Shown: piece by piece, positions 30,709 to 40,843 of the stretch
Position numbering within the stretch: the stretch's first letter is position 1
Layout of the letters: each line of letters starts with the position of its first letter
DNA from: an uncultured Candidatus Saccharibacteria bacterium
GTDB taxonomy: Bacteria; Patescibacteriota; Minisyncoccia; Phycocordibacterales; UBA9973
Length of the DNA: 64,000 nucleotides
Assembly: GCA_964527185.1 (NCBI GenBank)
Contig: CAZGOI010000002.1
Location: 31,513 to 95,512, forward strand
Reading direction: 5' to 3'
The notes under the pieces: generated by a model
Seen by the model: only the letters and a program-made list of their open reading frames with translations
Told to the model about the DNA's origin: nothing
Database searches by the model: none
Translations under genes and position numbers: made by a program

Positions 30709-32034
30709 ATGAAAAGTTTTGATTTTAAAATTGAAAAGAAGATGCCCGGCGCGCTTGGGCGCGCCGGGCAAATTAGAACCCCGCATGGCGATATCAAAAC
30801 GCCGGCCTTTGTGACTGTCGGAACCAAGGCGACAGTCAAGGCCCTAACGACAGAGCAATTGCAAAATATCGGTGCCCAAGCTGTTTTGGCAAATACATAT
30901 CATCTTTATCTACAGCCTGGCGATGAACTCATTCGCGACCTGGGTGGTCTGCACAGGTTTATGAATTGGCCAGGGCCGACGATGACCGATTCTGGCGGTT
31001 TCCAAGTTTTTTCTCTTGGCGCAGCCTATGGCAAAGAGATTTCAAAAGTTATTTCGGTCACTGACCCTTCGCTCCTCATTCCCGAGCGGTCGAGCGTCGA
31101 TGAGGGTGTTCCGCGTCTTGCCAATATTGGTTACGATGGCGTTTCTTTTCGTTCGCATATCGATGGGTCTCTGCACTACATTACTCCGGAAAAATCTATA
31201 GAAATTCAACACAACCTCGGTGCCGATATTATTTTTGCATTCGATGAATGCACTTCACCACAAGAGACTGACAAATACCAAGAAGAAGCTTTGACTCGCA
31301 CCCACTCTTGGGCTAAAAGAAGCTTAGAGAAACATAAAGAATTAGAAATTGCCAAGAAGATACTTTCTCGCGATTCGTACTCTGGCCTGAATACAAGAAA
31401 TAAACATTTGGTAGCGCAGATCGCAGAAAGCACTTCTTCACAATTTCCTCAGGCACTATTTGGTATAGTTCAGGGCGGGCGTTCAGAAAAATTGCGAAAA
31501 GAATCAGCAAGAACTCTTTCGGAGATGCGATCCGTAGGTCCTGAGGGAACCGAGGGATTTGATGGTTTTGGCATTGGTGGTTCATTTGCCAAAGAGGATA
31601 TGTCGACTGCAGTCAAATGGGTCAATGAAATTTTACCCGAAGAAAAGCCGCGCCACTTGCTCGGCATCGGCGAACCAGAAGATCTATTTATGGGTGTTGA
31701 AAATGGAGTCGATCTTTTTGATTGCGTTGGACCGACGCGTTTGGCCCGCACCGGAACACTATTTACAGAAAATGGTAAAATAAATTTGCTAAACGCTACC
31801 TATGTCGACGATTTTAACGCAGTAGAAAAAAATTGCGAGTGTTATACTTGCAAAAATTACACCCTAGCATACCTCTCGCACCTTTTTCGAGCCAAAGAAA
31901 TTCTGGCCTCGACCCTTGCTTCGATTCACAATGTTTATTTTATCACACACCTCGTCGACCAAATGCGCGAGGCGATTTTGAGTGATACTTTTTTTGAATT
32001 TAAGGAAAGATTTTTGAGTAAATATAATATATAA
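30709..32034 (+). CDS. tgt: Queuine tRNA-ribosyltransferase (441 aa)
   Basis: TPAFVTVGTKA, the TDSGGFQVFSLG catalytic-Asp region, the zinc site CECYTCKNYTLAYLSH (CxCxxC...H), and an internal ~60-aa insertion relative to typical Tgt. Confidence 0.85.
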   Translation: MKSFDFKIEKKMPGALGRAGQIRTPHGDIKTPAFVTVGTKATVKALTTEQLQNIGAQAVLANTYHLYLQPGDELIRDLGGLHRFMNWPGPTMTDSGGFQVFSLGAAYGKEISKVISVTDPSLLIPERSSVDEGVPRLANIGYDGVSFRSHIDGSLHYITPEKSIEIQHNLGADIIFAFDECTSPQETDKYQEEALTRTHSWAKRSLEKHKELEIAKKILSRDSYSGLNTRNKHLVAQIAESTSSQFPQALFGIVQGGRSEKLRKESARTLSEMRSVGPEGTEGFDGFGIGGSFAKEDMSTAVKWVNEILPEEKPRHLLGIGEPEDLFMGVENGVDLFDCVGPTRLARTGTLFTENGKINLLNATYVDDFNAVEKNCECYTCKNYTLAYLSHLFRAKEILASTLASIHNVYFITHLVDQMREAILSDTFFEFKERFLSKYNI

Positions 32035-32042
32035 CAAAGTAC

Positions 32043-32070
32043 TTGCGGGGTTTTATACCTGTGGTATAAT
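32043..32070 (+). promoter_or_regulatory. Strong-looking promoter TTGCGG-16nt-TGgTATAAT upstream of the 32104 ORF
   Basis: TTGCGG at 32043-32048 and TATAAT at 32065-32070, preceded by TG at 32062-32063. Confidence 0.4.
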
Positions 32071-32103
32071 GATACTTCATTAACAATAAACTAATATAAT
32101 TAC

Positions 32104-32520
32104 ATGTTTAACTTTAACAAGAAATTTAATGCCAAAAGAGAAAATGCTCAAGCAGAGGAATCTGAAAAACAGCGTGATGAACTTATAAAGAAATTAGATG
32201 AAAAAGTTTCTGCTGTAAAAGATAAAGCGCAAGCGTTGTCTTGTATAAAAGAGTTATATATGAATTTTAAAGAAAAGATTGAAAAGGAACATAACGATCC
32301 AAAAGAAGGAGGGAGTCTTTTTATTATACAAGCAATTAAAAGACTTATGCGTCAGTTTGAATTGTCAGAGTTGGAAGTTAATAATTTAGTTGGAGAGCAA
32401 AGATGGCTTGCATCTGACAGAACCGGCCTCAATATGGGTGAAGAATCTAAAGTTGGCACAGAACCATATAAACAATCAGGCATGGAAAAATATTTAACTG
32501 ATACTACTGATAATAAATAA
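32104..32520 (+). CDS. Hypothetical protein of 138 aa, AT-rich, charged/helical N-terminus
   Basis: ORF with its own promoter-like element and no recognisable motif. Confidence 0.4.
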   Translation: MFNFNKKFNAKRENAQAEESEKQRDELIKKLDEKVSAVKDKAQALSCIKELYMNFKEKIEKEHNDPKEGGSLFIIQAIKRLMRQFELSELEVNNLVGEQRWLASDRTGLNMGEESKVGTEPYKQSGMEKYLTDTTDNK

Positions 32521-32593
32521 TCGGAATATTTCCTCATCATTGGTAGACTGTTTTTTTATTTCAATTTGACACCTATGCTATCATAGATAATAG

Positions 32594-34741
32594 ATGTCCA
32601 AGGTATTTACATTAAAAGGGGAATATAAGCCTGCAGGCGATCAGCCCAAGGCCATTTTGCAGTTGATGGAAGGTCTAAAAAGGGGCATGCAAAAGCAAAC
32701 ACTCCTCGGAGCGACAGGTACCGGTAAGACTTTTACGATAGCCAATGTTATAGAAAAGTGGAACAAGCCGACGCTCGTCATTGCCCACAACAAAACCCTC
32801 GCCGCCCAACTGGCACAAGAATTCCGCGAATTTTTTCCCGACGCAGCAGTCCACTATTTCGTTTCTTATTACGATTACTATCAGCCCGAGGCCTATATGC
32901 CGACAACAGATACATATATAGAAAAAGACGCCCAGATAAACAAAGAAATCGACAGGCTTCGCCACGCTTCAACCCAAGCACTTTTGACGAGGCAAGATGT
33001 CATAATCGTTGCTTCAGTTTCCTGCATCTATGGCTTGGGTAGCCCCGAAGAATATGAGAGGGTGAATTTGCGGCTTGCGGTTGGCACGGGTATCGACCGC
33101 ATAACCTTGATGAAGAGGCTTGTCGAGATTCATTTCGACCGAACAAATGCTGATATCGAGCCGGGGACATTTCGGTCTATCGGTCAAAAGGTCGAGATAA
33201 TGCCGACATCAGAAACTTTCGTCTACCAAATAGAATTTGACGGGGCTAAAATTTCAAAAATTACAAAGATCGACCCAATATCTTCGCAGATTATTAAAAA
33301 TGAAAAGCAAATTTTTCTTTTTCCGGCCAAACATTTTATTACCGATAAAGATCAAGTTTCTCGAGCTGTCAAAGATATTAAAAGAGAACTTGCCGAGCAA
33401 TTAAAAAAATTTGAAAAAGAAGGCAAGTTACTCGAAGCCGAGCGATTAAAACGACGCACAAATTATGATCTGGCAATGATTAGCGAAGTCGGTTATTGCA
33501 ACGGTATCGAAAACTATTCCCGACACCTCTCAGGCAAAATGGAAGGCGAGGCCCCAGACACACTGCTGTCATATTTCCCTAAAGGCCAATTTCTAACTAT
33601 CATCGACGAATCCCATGTAACCCTTCCACAACTTGGTGGTATGTACGCCGGCGATTCATCGCGCAAAAAAACTCTTGTCGAGTTCGGCTTCAGGCTGCCA
33701 TCGGCTCGCGACAACCGCCCACTTAAATATGATGAATTTCAAGAGCGTGTTAATGAAGTAGTCTATGTATCGGCGACCCCAGGCGAGACAGAGAAAAAAG
33801 AAAGCAACCAAATCGTAGAGCAGATCATCCGCCCGACGGGACTGATAGATCCTGAGGTTATTGTCAGACCCGTTAGTGCTGGCACAACTCCAGTTGCGGA
33901 AAAAAATTTTTCGAGGTCCTCGGGGGAAGCCACCAGACCATCAAAAAATTCTTTTCCACAACCTACTTACCCTGGTCAGGTGCAGGACTTCATAAGCGAA
34001 GCCGAGAAAACTATCAAAAAAGGCCACCGAGTACTTGCCACAACACTAACCAAACAAATGGCCGAAGATCTATCGCTTTATTTAAAAGATAAGGGCATCA
34101 AAGCCGGCTATCTGCACAGTGAGATCAAAACGATCGAGCGCATTCAAATTCTAACTTCATTCCGAAAAGGGGAAGTAGATATTCTAGTCGGGGTCAACCT
34201 TCTTCGCGAGGGGTTGGATCTGCCGGAAGTGGCGCTCATTGGGATTCTCGACGCCGACAAAGAAGGTTTTTTGCGATCCGAGACATCGCTTGTCCAGACC
34301 ATTGGTCGGGCGGCCCGCAACGTCGAAGGGCGGGTCATTCTTTATGCAGATGTCGAAACGGGCTCGCTCAAAAGCGCCATAAACGAAACAAATCGCCGCC
34401 GCAAAATTCAAGTGGCCTATAACAAAGAGCATAAAATTACGCCAAAAACAATTTCTAAAAAAATTAAAGATATTACCGAAGAGCTCGAAAGCAAACATGA
34501 AAAGACCGTCAACGCCGAACTCGGCGTTGACATAGAGCTTTTCAAAAAGACAATTAAAAAAGAAAAAAATAAAGGTGAAAATTCTAAACTATCCGACCAA
34601 GAATGGAATAACCTCGTCTATGAAAAAATCATAAAAATAAAAGAAAAAGAAATGAATCGTGTCGTCAAAGAACTCGATTTTGAAACGGCGGCCATCTTGC
34701 GCGATGAAATCATAGCCCTAAGAGAAAAAATGCAAAAATAA
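32594..34741 (+). CDS. uvrB: Excinuclease ABC subunit B
   Basis: GATGTGKTFT Walker A, YFVSYYDYYQPEAY beta-hairpin region, helicase motifs, and a C-terminal UVR domain (ELDFETAAILRDEIIALREK). A ~30-aa Ser/Pro-rich insertion precedes the helicase domain 2 motif KKGHRVLATTLTK. A candidate extended -10 TGcTATCAT (32576-32584) places the TSS about 3 nt before the ATG. Confidence 0.9.
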   Translation: MSKVFTLKGEYKPAGDQPKAILQLMEGLKRGMQKQTLLGATGTGKTFTIANVIEKWNKPTLVIAHNKTLAAQLAQEFREFFPDAAVHYFVSYYDYYQPEAYMPTTDTYIEKDAQINKEIDRLRHASTQALLTRQDVIIVASVSCIYGLGSPEEYERVNLRLAVGTGIDRITLMKRLVEIHFDRTNADIEPGTFRSIGQKVEIMPTSETFVYQIEFDGAKISKITKIDPISSQIIKNEKQIFLFPAKHFITDKDQVSRAVKDIKRELAEQLKKFEKEGKLLEAERLKRRTNYDLAMISEVGYCNGIENYSRHLSGKMEGEAPDTLLSYFPKGQFLTIIDESHVTLPQLGGMYAGDSSRKKTLVEFGFRLPSARDNRPLKYDEFQERVNEVVYVSATPGETEKKESNQIVEQIIRPTGLIDPEVIVRPVSAGTTPVAEKNFSRSSGEATRPSKNSFPQPTYPGQVQDFISEAEKTIKKGHRVLATTLTKQMAEDLSLYLKDKGIKAGYLHSEIKTIERIQILTSFRKGEVDILVGVNLLREGLDLPEVALIGILDADKEGFLRSETSLVQTIGRAARNVEGRVILYADVETGSLKSAINETNRRRKIQVAYNKEHKITPKTISKKIKDITEELESKHEKTVNAELGVDIELFKKTIKKEKNKGENSKLSDQEWNNLVYEKIIKIKEKEMNRVVKELDFETAAILRDEIIALREKMQK

Positions 34742-34770
34742 AAAAGGCCGGAGTAGAAACCCCGGCCGGT
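34742..34770. repeat. Hairpin AGGCCGGAG-tagaaa-CCCCGGCCGG, the uvrB terminator-like element and copy 1 of a duplicated hairpin
   Basis: Seen directly. A T7 run follows 7 nt downstream. A near-identical copy lies at 35325-35353. Confidence 0.55.
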
Positions 34771-34816
34771 ACTGGTGTTTTTTTCAAAATTCCCAGTTAT
34801 GGCTAATTTAAAAACC

Positions 34817-35317
34817 TTAACCAATCTTTACTTTTCCGAAAATAACCCTCTCGGCCTCTTTGATACAGCGTGCCATCTTGATCACATCCTTATTTGATTT
34901 ATATTTCTCATAATCTTCTTTGAGTCTTTTTATATAGCTCTTCGTTTTTTTATTTCCCATCATAAATATTTTTTCTTTCTGCAATAACTCGTCTGTGTCA
35001 ATTGTATTTAGCAGAAAAATATTTTCCTTCTGGCAGAAAGAAGAAATACTTTCGAAGAAATGTTTTCTATCTTTTTCAAAGATAAGGAAATGGTTACTTG
35101 CCATATTAAGATTAAAGTTAATTGAACCGTCGCAATCGGAACAATCAATTTCACTTGAAAATGTTAAGAATTTACTAAGCCTTTTCATTAAATCCATAGG
35201 CTCAACGGAAATAAATATATTAAGAATATTCTCACCAGAAATTTTTTTAGAACATACATATATATTTTCCATAGCAATGTTTTTTCTTATTAAACACCCT
35301 TTACAAATCAAAGTCAA
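34817..35317 (-). CDS. Hypothetical protein of 166 aa (Cys-containing, very AT-rich) lying antisense between uvrB and uvrA
   Basis: Minus-strand ORF. GC content is visibly lower than in the flanking uvr genes. No recognised domain. It contains CKGC...CSDCDG cysteine pairs. Confidence 0.4.
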   Translation of the reverse strand: MTLICKGCLIRKNIAMENIYVCSKKISGENILNIFISVEPMDLMKRLSKFLTFSSEIDCSDCDGSINFNLNMASNHFLIFEKDRKHFFESISSFCQKENIFLLNTIDTDELLQKEKIFMMGNKKTKSYIKRLKEDYEKYKSNKDVIKMARCIKEAERVIFGKVKIG

Positions 35318-35324
35318 ATAAAAA

Positions 35325-35353
35325 AATAAGGCCAGGGTAGAAACCCCGGCCGA
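35325..35353. repeat. Hairpin AAGGCCAGGG-tagaaa-CCCCGGCCGA, copy 2 of the duplicated hairpin
   Basis: It shares GTAGAAACCCCGGCCG (16/16) and the flanking AAGGCC with the copy at 34742-34770, in the same orientation. Confidence 0.55.
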
Positions 35354-35491
35354 TTAAACCTTATCCTATGAAAATTGTGTAAATTTTAGCTTATATAATT
35401 TTTTTGTCAAACTATAGACACTTGTGATAGACTGGTGGAAGTTGAATATAGATACACCCCCAGATAAACACTTGGCGGGTGATGTAGCCGT

Positions 35492-38065
35492 ATGAAAAAA
35501 CACCAAGAAGAAAAAATAATAATTAAAGGAGCTAGAACCCACAATCTAAAGAACATAAATCTCGAAATACCCCGAAATAAAATGGTGGTCATTACCGGCA
35601 TGTCTGGTTCGGGCAAATCTTCTCTTGCTTTTGATACTATTTTTGCCGAAGGCCAGCGTCGCTATGTCGAAAGTCTCTCTGCCTATGCCCGACAATTTCT
35701 AAACCAAATGCCCAAGCCCGATGTCGATGAAATCTCTGGCCTTTCACCAGCAATTTCGATCGACCAAAAATCCCGTTCTAACAATCCTCGTTCGACGGTG
35801 GCAACCATTACCGAGATATACGACTACCTGCGTGTGCTCTATGCCCGCATCGGTCGGCCGCATTGCCCAGTCTGCGGCGATGAGATAAAAAAATTATCAA
35901 ACGAAGAGATAATGAATTTTGCTTTAGAAAAAATAAAAGGGATTCAGAAATCAAATCGCAAAGTTCTCGGTGTCGAGTGGAATGAAACTCCAATCGAGAT
36001 TTTTTCTCCAGTCGTCCGCGGCCGAAAAGGCGAATACTATCAGCTCCTCTATGACCTGCTCGGCAAGGGTTTCGAAAAAGTGCGACTAGATGGCCAGATA
36101 AAAACTCTGCGCGAACGAGTTGAAATTTCAAAAAATAAAAAACACGATATAGAAGTGCTCGTCGATTCATTTGCGCTGCATGAATTTAAAGATAACCCAG
36201 ACGACGCCCGATTGTGCCTGTCTGAATCTATCGAGCGAGCATTGGTTGAATCTGATGGCTTGGTCGTAATAAAAATCGGCAAAGATGAATTCTTGTTGTC
36301 GTCAAAATTTGCTTGTCCGAAAGACGGTTTTTCTTTCCCCGAAGTCGAGCCACGGCTTTTTTCCTTCAATTCGCCATACGGTGCGTGCCCAAACTGCAAC
36401 GGTCTCGGAACAAAATATTTCGGCAGTACTGAACCATGCGAAATCTGTAACGGCGCTAGGTTGCGGACAGAGGCTCTGCACGTTTTCTTGGGCAAGAAAA
36501 TAAACATTGTTGGTATCACCAAGCTATCGATCGAAGAAGTCGCCGATTTTTTCATCGAACTCAAGCTGACAGAGCAGGAAAAAGAAATTTCAAAAGTTGT
36601 GATTAAAGAAATCGAAGCGCGCGTAGAATTCTTGCTGAACGTCGGTCTTGAATATTTGTCGCTCGATCGAAAAGCTAACACACTCTCGGGTGGCGAGGCC
36701 CAGCGCATCCGATTGGCTTCGCAACTTGGCTCTCGATTGGTCGGTGCCCTATATGTGCTTGACGAGCCGACCATCGGCTTGCACCAGCGCGACAACGAGC
36801 GATTAATAAAAACACTCGAGAATTTGCGCGACCTCGGCAATACTATTATAGTTGTCGAACACGATGAAGATACGATTTTCGCCTCAAACTTTATAGTCGA
36901 TATCGGACCGAAAGCTGGGGTCCACGGAGGCAAAGTAATTGTCTCTGACTACTTGGAATCTCTGCTTTATGCAAAAACCAATCCATCTAAATCTCGAACG
37001 CTTGCCTACCTGCGCGGCGATATAAAAATCGAAGTTCCTAAAAAAAGGCGCACAAGCGACAAGGGCACGCTCAAAATTGTCGGCGGCAAAGTTTTTAATA
37101 TCAAGAACATGAATGCCGAAATTCCGCTTGGCAAAATGGTATCGATCACTGGCGTCTCTGGTTCGGGCAAAAGCTCTTTTATGTATGAGATTCTCTACAA
37201 AAACCTGCAAGCCAAATACGAATATAAACACAGGAGCGCTAAAATATACAACTGCGCTTCATTTACTGGCACCGAATATCTTTCGCGAGCAATATTGATA
37301 GACCAATCGCCGATCGGCCGCACACCGCGCTCAAATATTGCGACCTACACCGGCGCCTTCACCCACATCCGGGATCTTTTTGCCGCAAGTGAAGAGGCTC
37401 GGCTTCGCGGATGGAAGTCAAACAGATTTTCTTTTAACGTAAAAGGCGGGCGCTGCGAAGCCTGTGAAGGCAATGGCGAGATCGCTGTCGAGATGCATTT
37501 TTTGCCGACCGTTTATGTGACTTGCGATGTTTGCCTCGGTAAGCGTTTCGACAAAGAAACACTGACGGTCAAGTATAAGGGAAAAAATATTTATGAAATC
37601 TTACAGATGTCGGTCGAAGAAGCGGTGAAATTTTTCGAAGATATTCCGGCCGTTTACGACAGATTGAAAACTCTGATGGATGTCGGTCTCGGTTATATTA
37701 CTCTCGGTCAATCGGCTACGACGCTCTCGGGTGGCGAGGCCCAGCGGGTGAAAATGTCTTCAGAACTCTATCGCCCGAATTTAGAGAAGACCATCTACTT
37801 GCTCGACGAGCCAACCGTTGGGCTTCACTATGACGACGTCGCTAAGCTGCTCGAAGTTCTAAACAAGCTCGTCGATAAAGGCAATACAGTTGTTCTCATC
37901 GAACACAATATGGATATTATAAAAAGCTCTGACTATATTATCGATATCGGACCAGAAGGCGGAATCGGTGGTGGAAAAATTGTCGCCAAGGGTACGCCCG
38001 AGCAAGTGGCCAACACGGCAGGAAGCTATACTGGTAGATATTTAAAGAAGGTCATAAAAAAATAA
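35492..38065 (+). CDS. uvrA: Excinuclease ABC subunit A (857 aa, shorter than typical)
   Basis: Two ABC ATPase modules ([12 protein letters not shown]...[12 protein letters not shown]...LDEPTIGLH and [10 protein letters not shown]...[12 protein letters not shown]...LDEPTVGLH) and zinc-finger cysteines CPVCGDE / CPNCNGLG / CEACEGNG. Confidence 0.9.
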   Translation: MKKHQEEKIIIKGARTHNLKNINLEIPRNKMVVITGMSGSGKSSLAFDTIFAEGQRRYVESLSAYARQFLNQMPKPDVDEISGLSPAISIDQKSRSNNPRSTVATITEIYDYLRVLYARIGRPHCPVCGDEIKKLSNEEIMNFALEKIKGIQKSNRKVLGVEWNETPIEIFSPVVRGRKGEYYQLLYDLLGKGFEKVRLDGQIKTLRERVEISKNKKHDIEVLVDSFALHEFKDNPDDARLCLSESIERALVESDGLVVIKIGKDEFLLSSKFACPKDGFSFPEVEPRLFSFNSPYGACPNCNGLGTKYFGSTEPCEICNGARLRTEALHVFLGKKINIVGITKLSIEEVADFFIELKLTEQEKEISKVVIKEIEARVEFLLNVGLEYLSLDRKANTLSGGEAQRIRLASQLGSRLVGALYVLDEPTIGLHQRDNERLIKTLENLRDLGNTIIVVEHDEDTIFASNFIVDIGPKAGVHGGKVIVSDYLESLLYAKTNPSKSRTLAYLRGDIKIEVPKKRRTSDKGTLKIVGGKVFNIKNMNAEIPLGKMVSITGVSGSGKSSFMYEILYKNLQAKYEYKHRSAKIYNCASFTGTEYLSRAILIDQSPIGRTPRSNIATYTGAFTHIRDLFAASEEARLRGWKSNRFSFNVKGGRCEACEGNGEIAVEMHFLPTVYVTCDVCLGKRFDKETLTVKYKGKNIYEILQMSVEEAVKFFEDIPAVYDRLKTLMDVGLGYITLGQSATTLSGGEAQRVKMSSELYRPNLEKTIYLLDEPTVGLHYDDVAKLLEVLNKLVDKGNTVVLIEHNMDIIKSSDYIIDIGPEGGIGGGKIVAKGTPEQVANTAGSYTGRYLKKVIKK

Positions 38066-38103
38066 AGCAAATAAGTTTCCTTACCTACTTTATAAATACT
38101 TCT

Positions 38104-38319
38104 TTATTTTTTAAGAATAAGTTCCATGTGCATGGTGAAAAAGATAAAAAATAAAATCCAGAAATACATAAATAATGCATTAGCTTTCTTCATAAACTCA
38201 ATCTTTTTTGAAAGAAGTATTGATGACCCACAGATTACAACAAAGGCAAGACTAGTATAATAACCAAAAGATATAATTTCTTGCCAGCCATTAATGCTTG
38301 CTAAAATTTGTTTAAACAT
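38104..38319 (-). CDS. Possible small membrane protein of 71 aa (hypothetical)
   Basis: AT-rich ORF with two hydrophobic segments and no other support. Confidence 0.25.
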   Translation of the reverse strand: MFKQILASINGWQEIISFGYYTSLAFVVICGSSILLSKKIEFMKKANALFMYFWILFFIFFTMHMELILKK

Positions 38320-38365
38320 ATTAAATAATTTTGAGTTATTTTAATCTTTATACTATATTAGATCT

Positions 38366-39736
38366 ATGAAAAGTCAACAGTTGAAAAAATTTAAATTGCC
38401 CGACAAGCCAGGTGTATATTTTTTTATGAAAGGCAAGGAGATTCTCTATATAGGCAAAGCAACCTCGCTCCGGTCAAGAGTCCGGAGTTATTTTGGCAAG
38501 GACCTCATCGCCACTCGTGGGCCGCTCATACTCGACATGAAGGTTCAATCTACAAATATAAAATGGCAAGCAACCGACAGCGTCCTCGAAGCGCTCATCC
38601 TCGAAGCAAGTCTGATCAAGAAGCACCAGCCGAGATACAACACTAAAGAAAAAGATAATAAAAGTTTCAACTATGTTTGTATTACAAAAGAAAAATTGCC
38701 GCAAGTGCTCGTCGTTCGTGGTCGAAACATCGCCTCAAAAATTTCAGACAGAAAATATCAAGCTGTCTACGGTCCCTTCACCAATGGCTCGCAATTGCGT
38801 GAAGCGATGAAGATTATTCGCCGAATTTTCCCATATATTGATTCGCAATCTGCCAAACGTGATAATTTTGAATTCTACCGTCAGTTAGGACTTGTACCAG
38901 AAATAACTACTAAGGGACGAAAGAATTATGAAAATCTGAGTTGCGTCGGAGCCCCCGTAGAGAGGGTAAAGCGCGAAGATTTTTATAATTCTGTAGCTAT
39001 TAAATCCTACAAGAAAAATATTGAAAATCTAAAACTTTTTTTTGAAGGTAAAAAGAAAAGGATAATTTCAAATTTTAAAAAAGAAATGTTTGCTTATGCA
39101 AAAAATAGGGAATTTGAAAAGGCAAACGAAATCAAAAAAAGAATTTTTGCCCTCGAGCACATAAACGACGTCGCCTTGATAAAAGAGGAAAATATGCCAC
39201 ACGCATATTCTTATAAAAAGGTCCTCGGATCTCCCGTCCGCTTAAACGCTGGCGGGCCAGACCATTTTTCTAAGAACATGCGTGTTTTATCCAGAATCGA
39301 GGCTTACGATGTCGCCCACATGTCCGGCAAAAATATGGTTGGTGTTATGACGGTCGTCCAAAATGGTGAAATCGAAAAGAAAGAATATAAAAAGTTTATA
39401 ATCCGCACGCAGTCGGGCAGCAACGATACCGGCGCCCTCGAAGAAATTTTGTCTCGCCGGTTGCGTCACGATGAGTGGGGAATGCCGAGCCTAATTGTCG
39501 TTGATGGCAGCACCGCCCAATTAAATGTCGCCAAGCGTGTACTATCGCGATACCAATTAGAAATCCCAATAGTTGCCGTCGTCAAAGACAACAAGCACAA
39601 AGCCAAGGCCATACTGGGCGATGAAAAAATCATAAAATCACACAAAAGATCGATCCTCCTTGGCAATAGCGAGGCCCACAGGTTTGCTATTGCCTTTCAC
39701 AAGAAAAAGCGCTCAAAAAATTTTTTAAAAAAATGA
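38366..39736 (+). CDS. uvrC: Excinuclease ABC subunit C (short form of 456 aa, with GIY-YIG and RNase H-like endonuclease domains and no obvious C-terminal HhH)
   Basis: GIY-YIG block GVYFFMKGKEILYIGKATSLRSRVRSY...E, a UvrBC-interaction-like region (REFEKANEIKKRI) and a C-terminal endonuclease region (RIEAYDVAHMSG). Confidence 0.8.
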   Translation: MKSQQLKKFKLPDKPGVYFFMKGKEILYIGKATSLRSRVRSYFGKDLIATRGPLILDMKVQSTNIKWQATDSVLEALILEASLIKKHQPRYNTKEKDNKSFNYVCITKEKLPQVLVVRGRNIASKISDRKYQAVYGPFTNGSQLREAMKIIRRIFPYIDSQSAKRDNFEFYRQLGLVPEITTKGRKNYENLSCVGAPVERVKREDFYNSVAIKSYKKNIENLKLFFEGKKKRIISNFKKEMFAYAKNREFEKANEIKKRIFALEHINDVALIKEENMPHAYSYKKVLGSPVRLNAGGPDHFSKNMRVLSRIEAYDVAHMSGKNMVGVMTVVQNGEIEKKEYKKFIIRTQSGSNDTGALEEILSRRLRHDEWGMPSLIVVDGSTAQLNVAKRVLSRYQLEIPIVAVVKDNKHKAKAILGDEKIIKSHKRSILLGNSEAHRFAIAFHKKKRSKNFLKK

Positions 39737-39748
39737 TATAATATTTTC

Positions 39749-40759
39749 ATGATTCGCGTTGGAGTTATTCGCGGCGGGCCGAGCAAGGAATATGAAGTGT
39801 CGCTCTCTTCGGGCGCCAACGTTCTTTCGCATTTGCGAAGTGATGAACTAAATAAAAAATACAAGCCAATCGATATCTTGATAGACAAAAATGGCGCTTG
39901 GCATGTCGGTGGCAAGCCGGCCAATATGGCCCACATATCAAATTCTGTCGACGTTATTTTCAATGCACTACATGGGGATTTCGGCGAAGACGGCAAAGTT
40001 CAACAGATGCTCGAGCAATGGAAAATACCATACACTGGTTCGAGCCCATTTGCTTCGGCCCTCGGCTACAACAAAGCTCTGGCTAAAGAGGAATTTAAAC
40101 GCCTCGGTATCAAAACTCCCAATTCTCTCATCCTGCTTGCCGAAGAAAATCTAAGGGGCAAAGAGCCGAGAGACCTAGCTCGCCAGAGATCTAGGTATAT
40201 TTGGGGAAAAATTTCACCGCCGTGGGTAGTCAAACCGCTTGCCAGCGGTTCATCGGTCGGGGTGAAAATTTGCAAAACATTTCCAGAACTCGAAGAAGCC
40301 ATGCTTGCCTGTGTCAATGACAGTGCAGATATCCTTGTCGAAGAAATGATCGAAGGTAGGGAAGCGACCGTCGGCGTGGTGCAAAACTTTCGCCAGCAAA
40401 AAATTTATTCTCTGCCACCGATTGAAATTAAAATACCAAAACATAAAAAATTTTTCGACTACGATGCAAAGTATAGTGGTATCTCGGAAGAAATTTGCCC
40501 TGGCAATTTTTCTTCAAGTGAAAAAGTCGAACTCGTTCGGCTAGCAACGCTTATTCACGAAGGTCTAAACCTCGACCACTATTCGCGCAGTGATTTTATC
40601 GTCAACCCAAGAAAGGGAATATACGCACTCGAAGTAAATACCCTACCAGGGCTGACCGATGCCTCTCTTGTTCCCAAGGCTCTAAATGCCGTCGGCGCTA
40701 CGATGCCTGAATTTATATCACACCTCATAAATCTCGCCATGGCAAGGTATAAAACATAG
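39749..40759 (+). CDS. ddl: D-alanine--D-alanine ligase
   Basis: ALHGDFGEDGKVQQMLE and the ATP-grasp blocks (WVVKPLASGSSVGV, EEMIEGREATVGV, LEVNTLPG). Confidence 0.85.
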   Translation: MIRVGVIRGGPSKEYEVSLSSGANVLSHLRSDELNKKYKPIDILIDKNGAWHVGGKPANMAHISNSVDVIFNALHGDFGEDGKVQQMLEQWKIPYTGSSPFASALGYNKALAKEEFKRLGIKTPNSLILLAEENLRGKEPRDLARQRSRYIWGKISPPWVVKPLASGSSVGVKICKTFPELEEAMLACVNDSADILVEEMIEGREATVGVVQNFRQQKIYSLPPIEIKIPKHKKFFDYDAKYSGISEEICPGNFSSSEKVELVRLATLIHEGLNLDHYSRSDFIVNPRKGIYALEVNTLPGLTDASLVPKALNAVGATMPEFISHLINLAMARYKT

Positions 40760-40843
40760 TGTCACAGTAAATAATGGCAAACGTTATAGTATGTGGAATG
40801 CTACTATCGATAGCATTTTTTATTAGATTAATTAAAATTTATA

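Noticed and set aside
34742-35353. The two near-identical hairpins, considered as a possible CRISPR repeat pair.
   Set aside because: There are only two copies, 580 bp apart, with a protein-coding ORF between them. There is no array of regular short spacers and no cas genes. No other short direct-repeat array was seen anywhere in the window.
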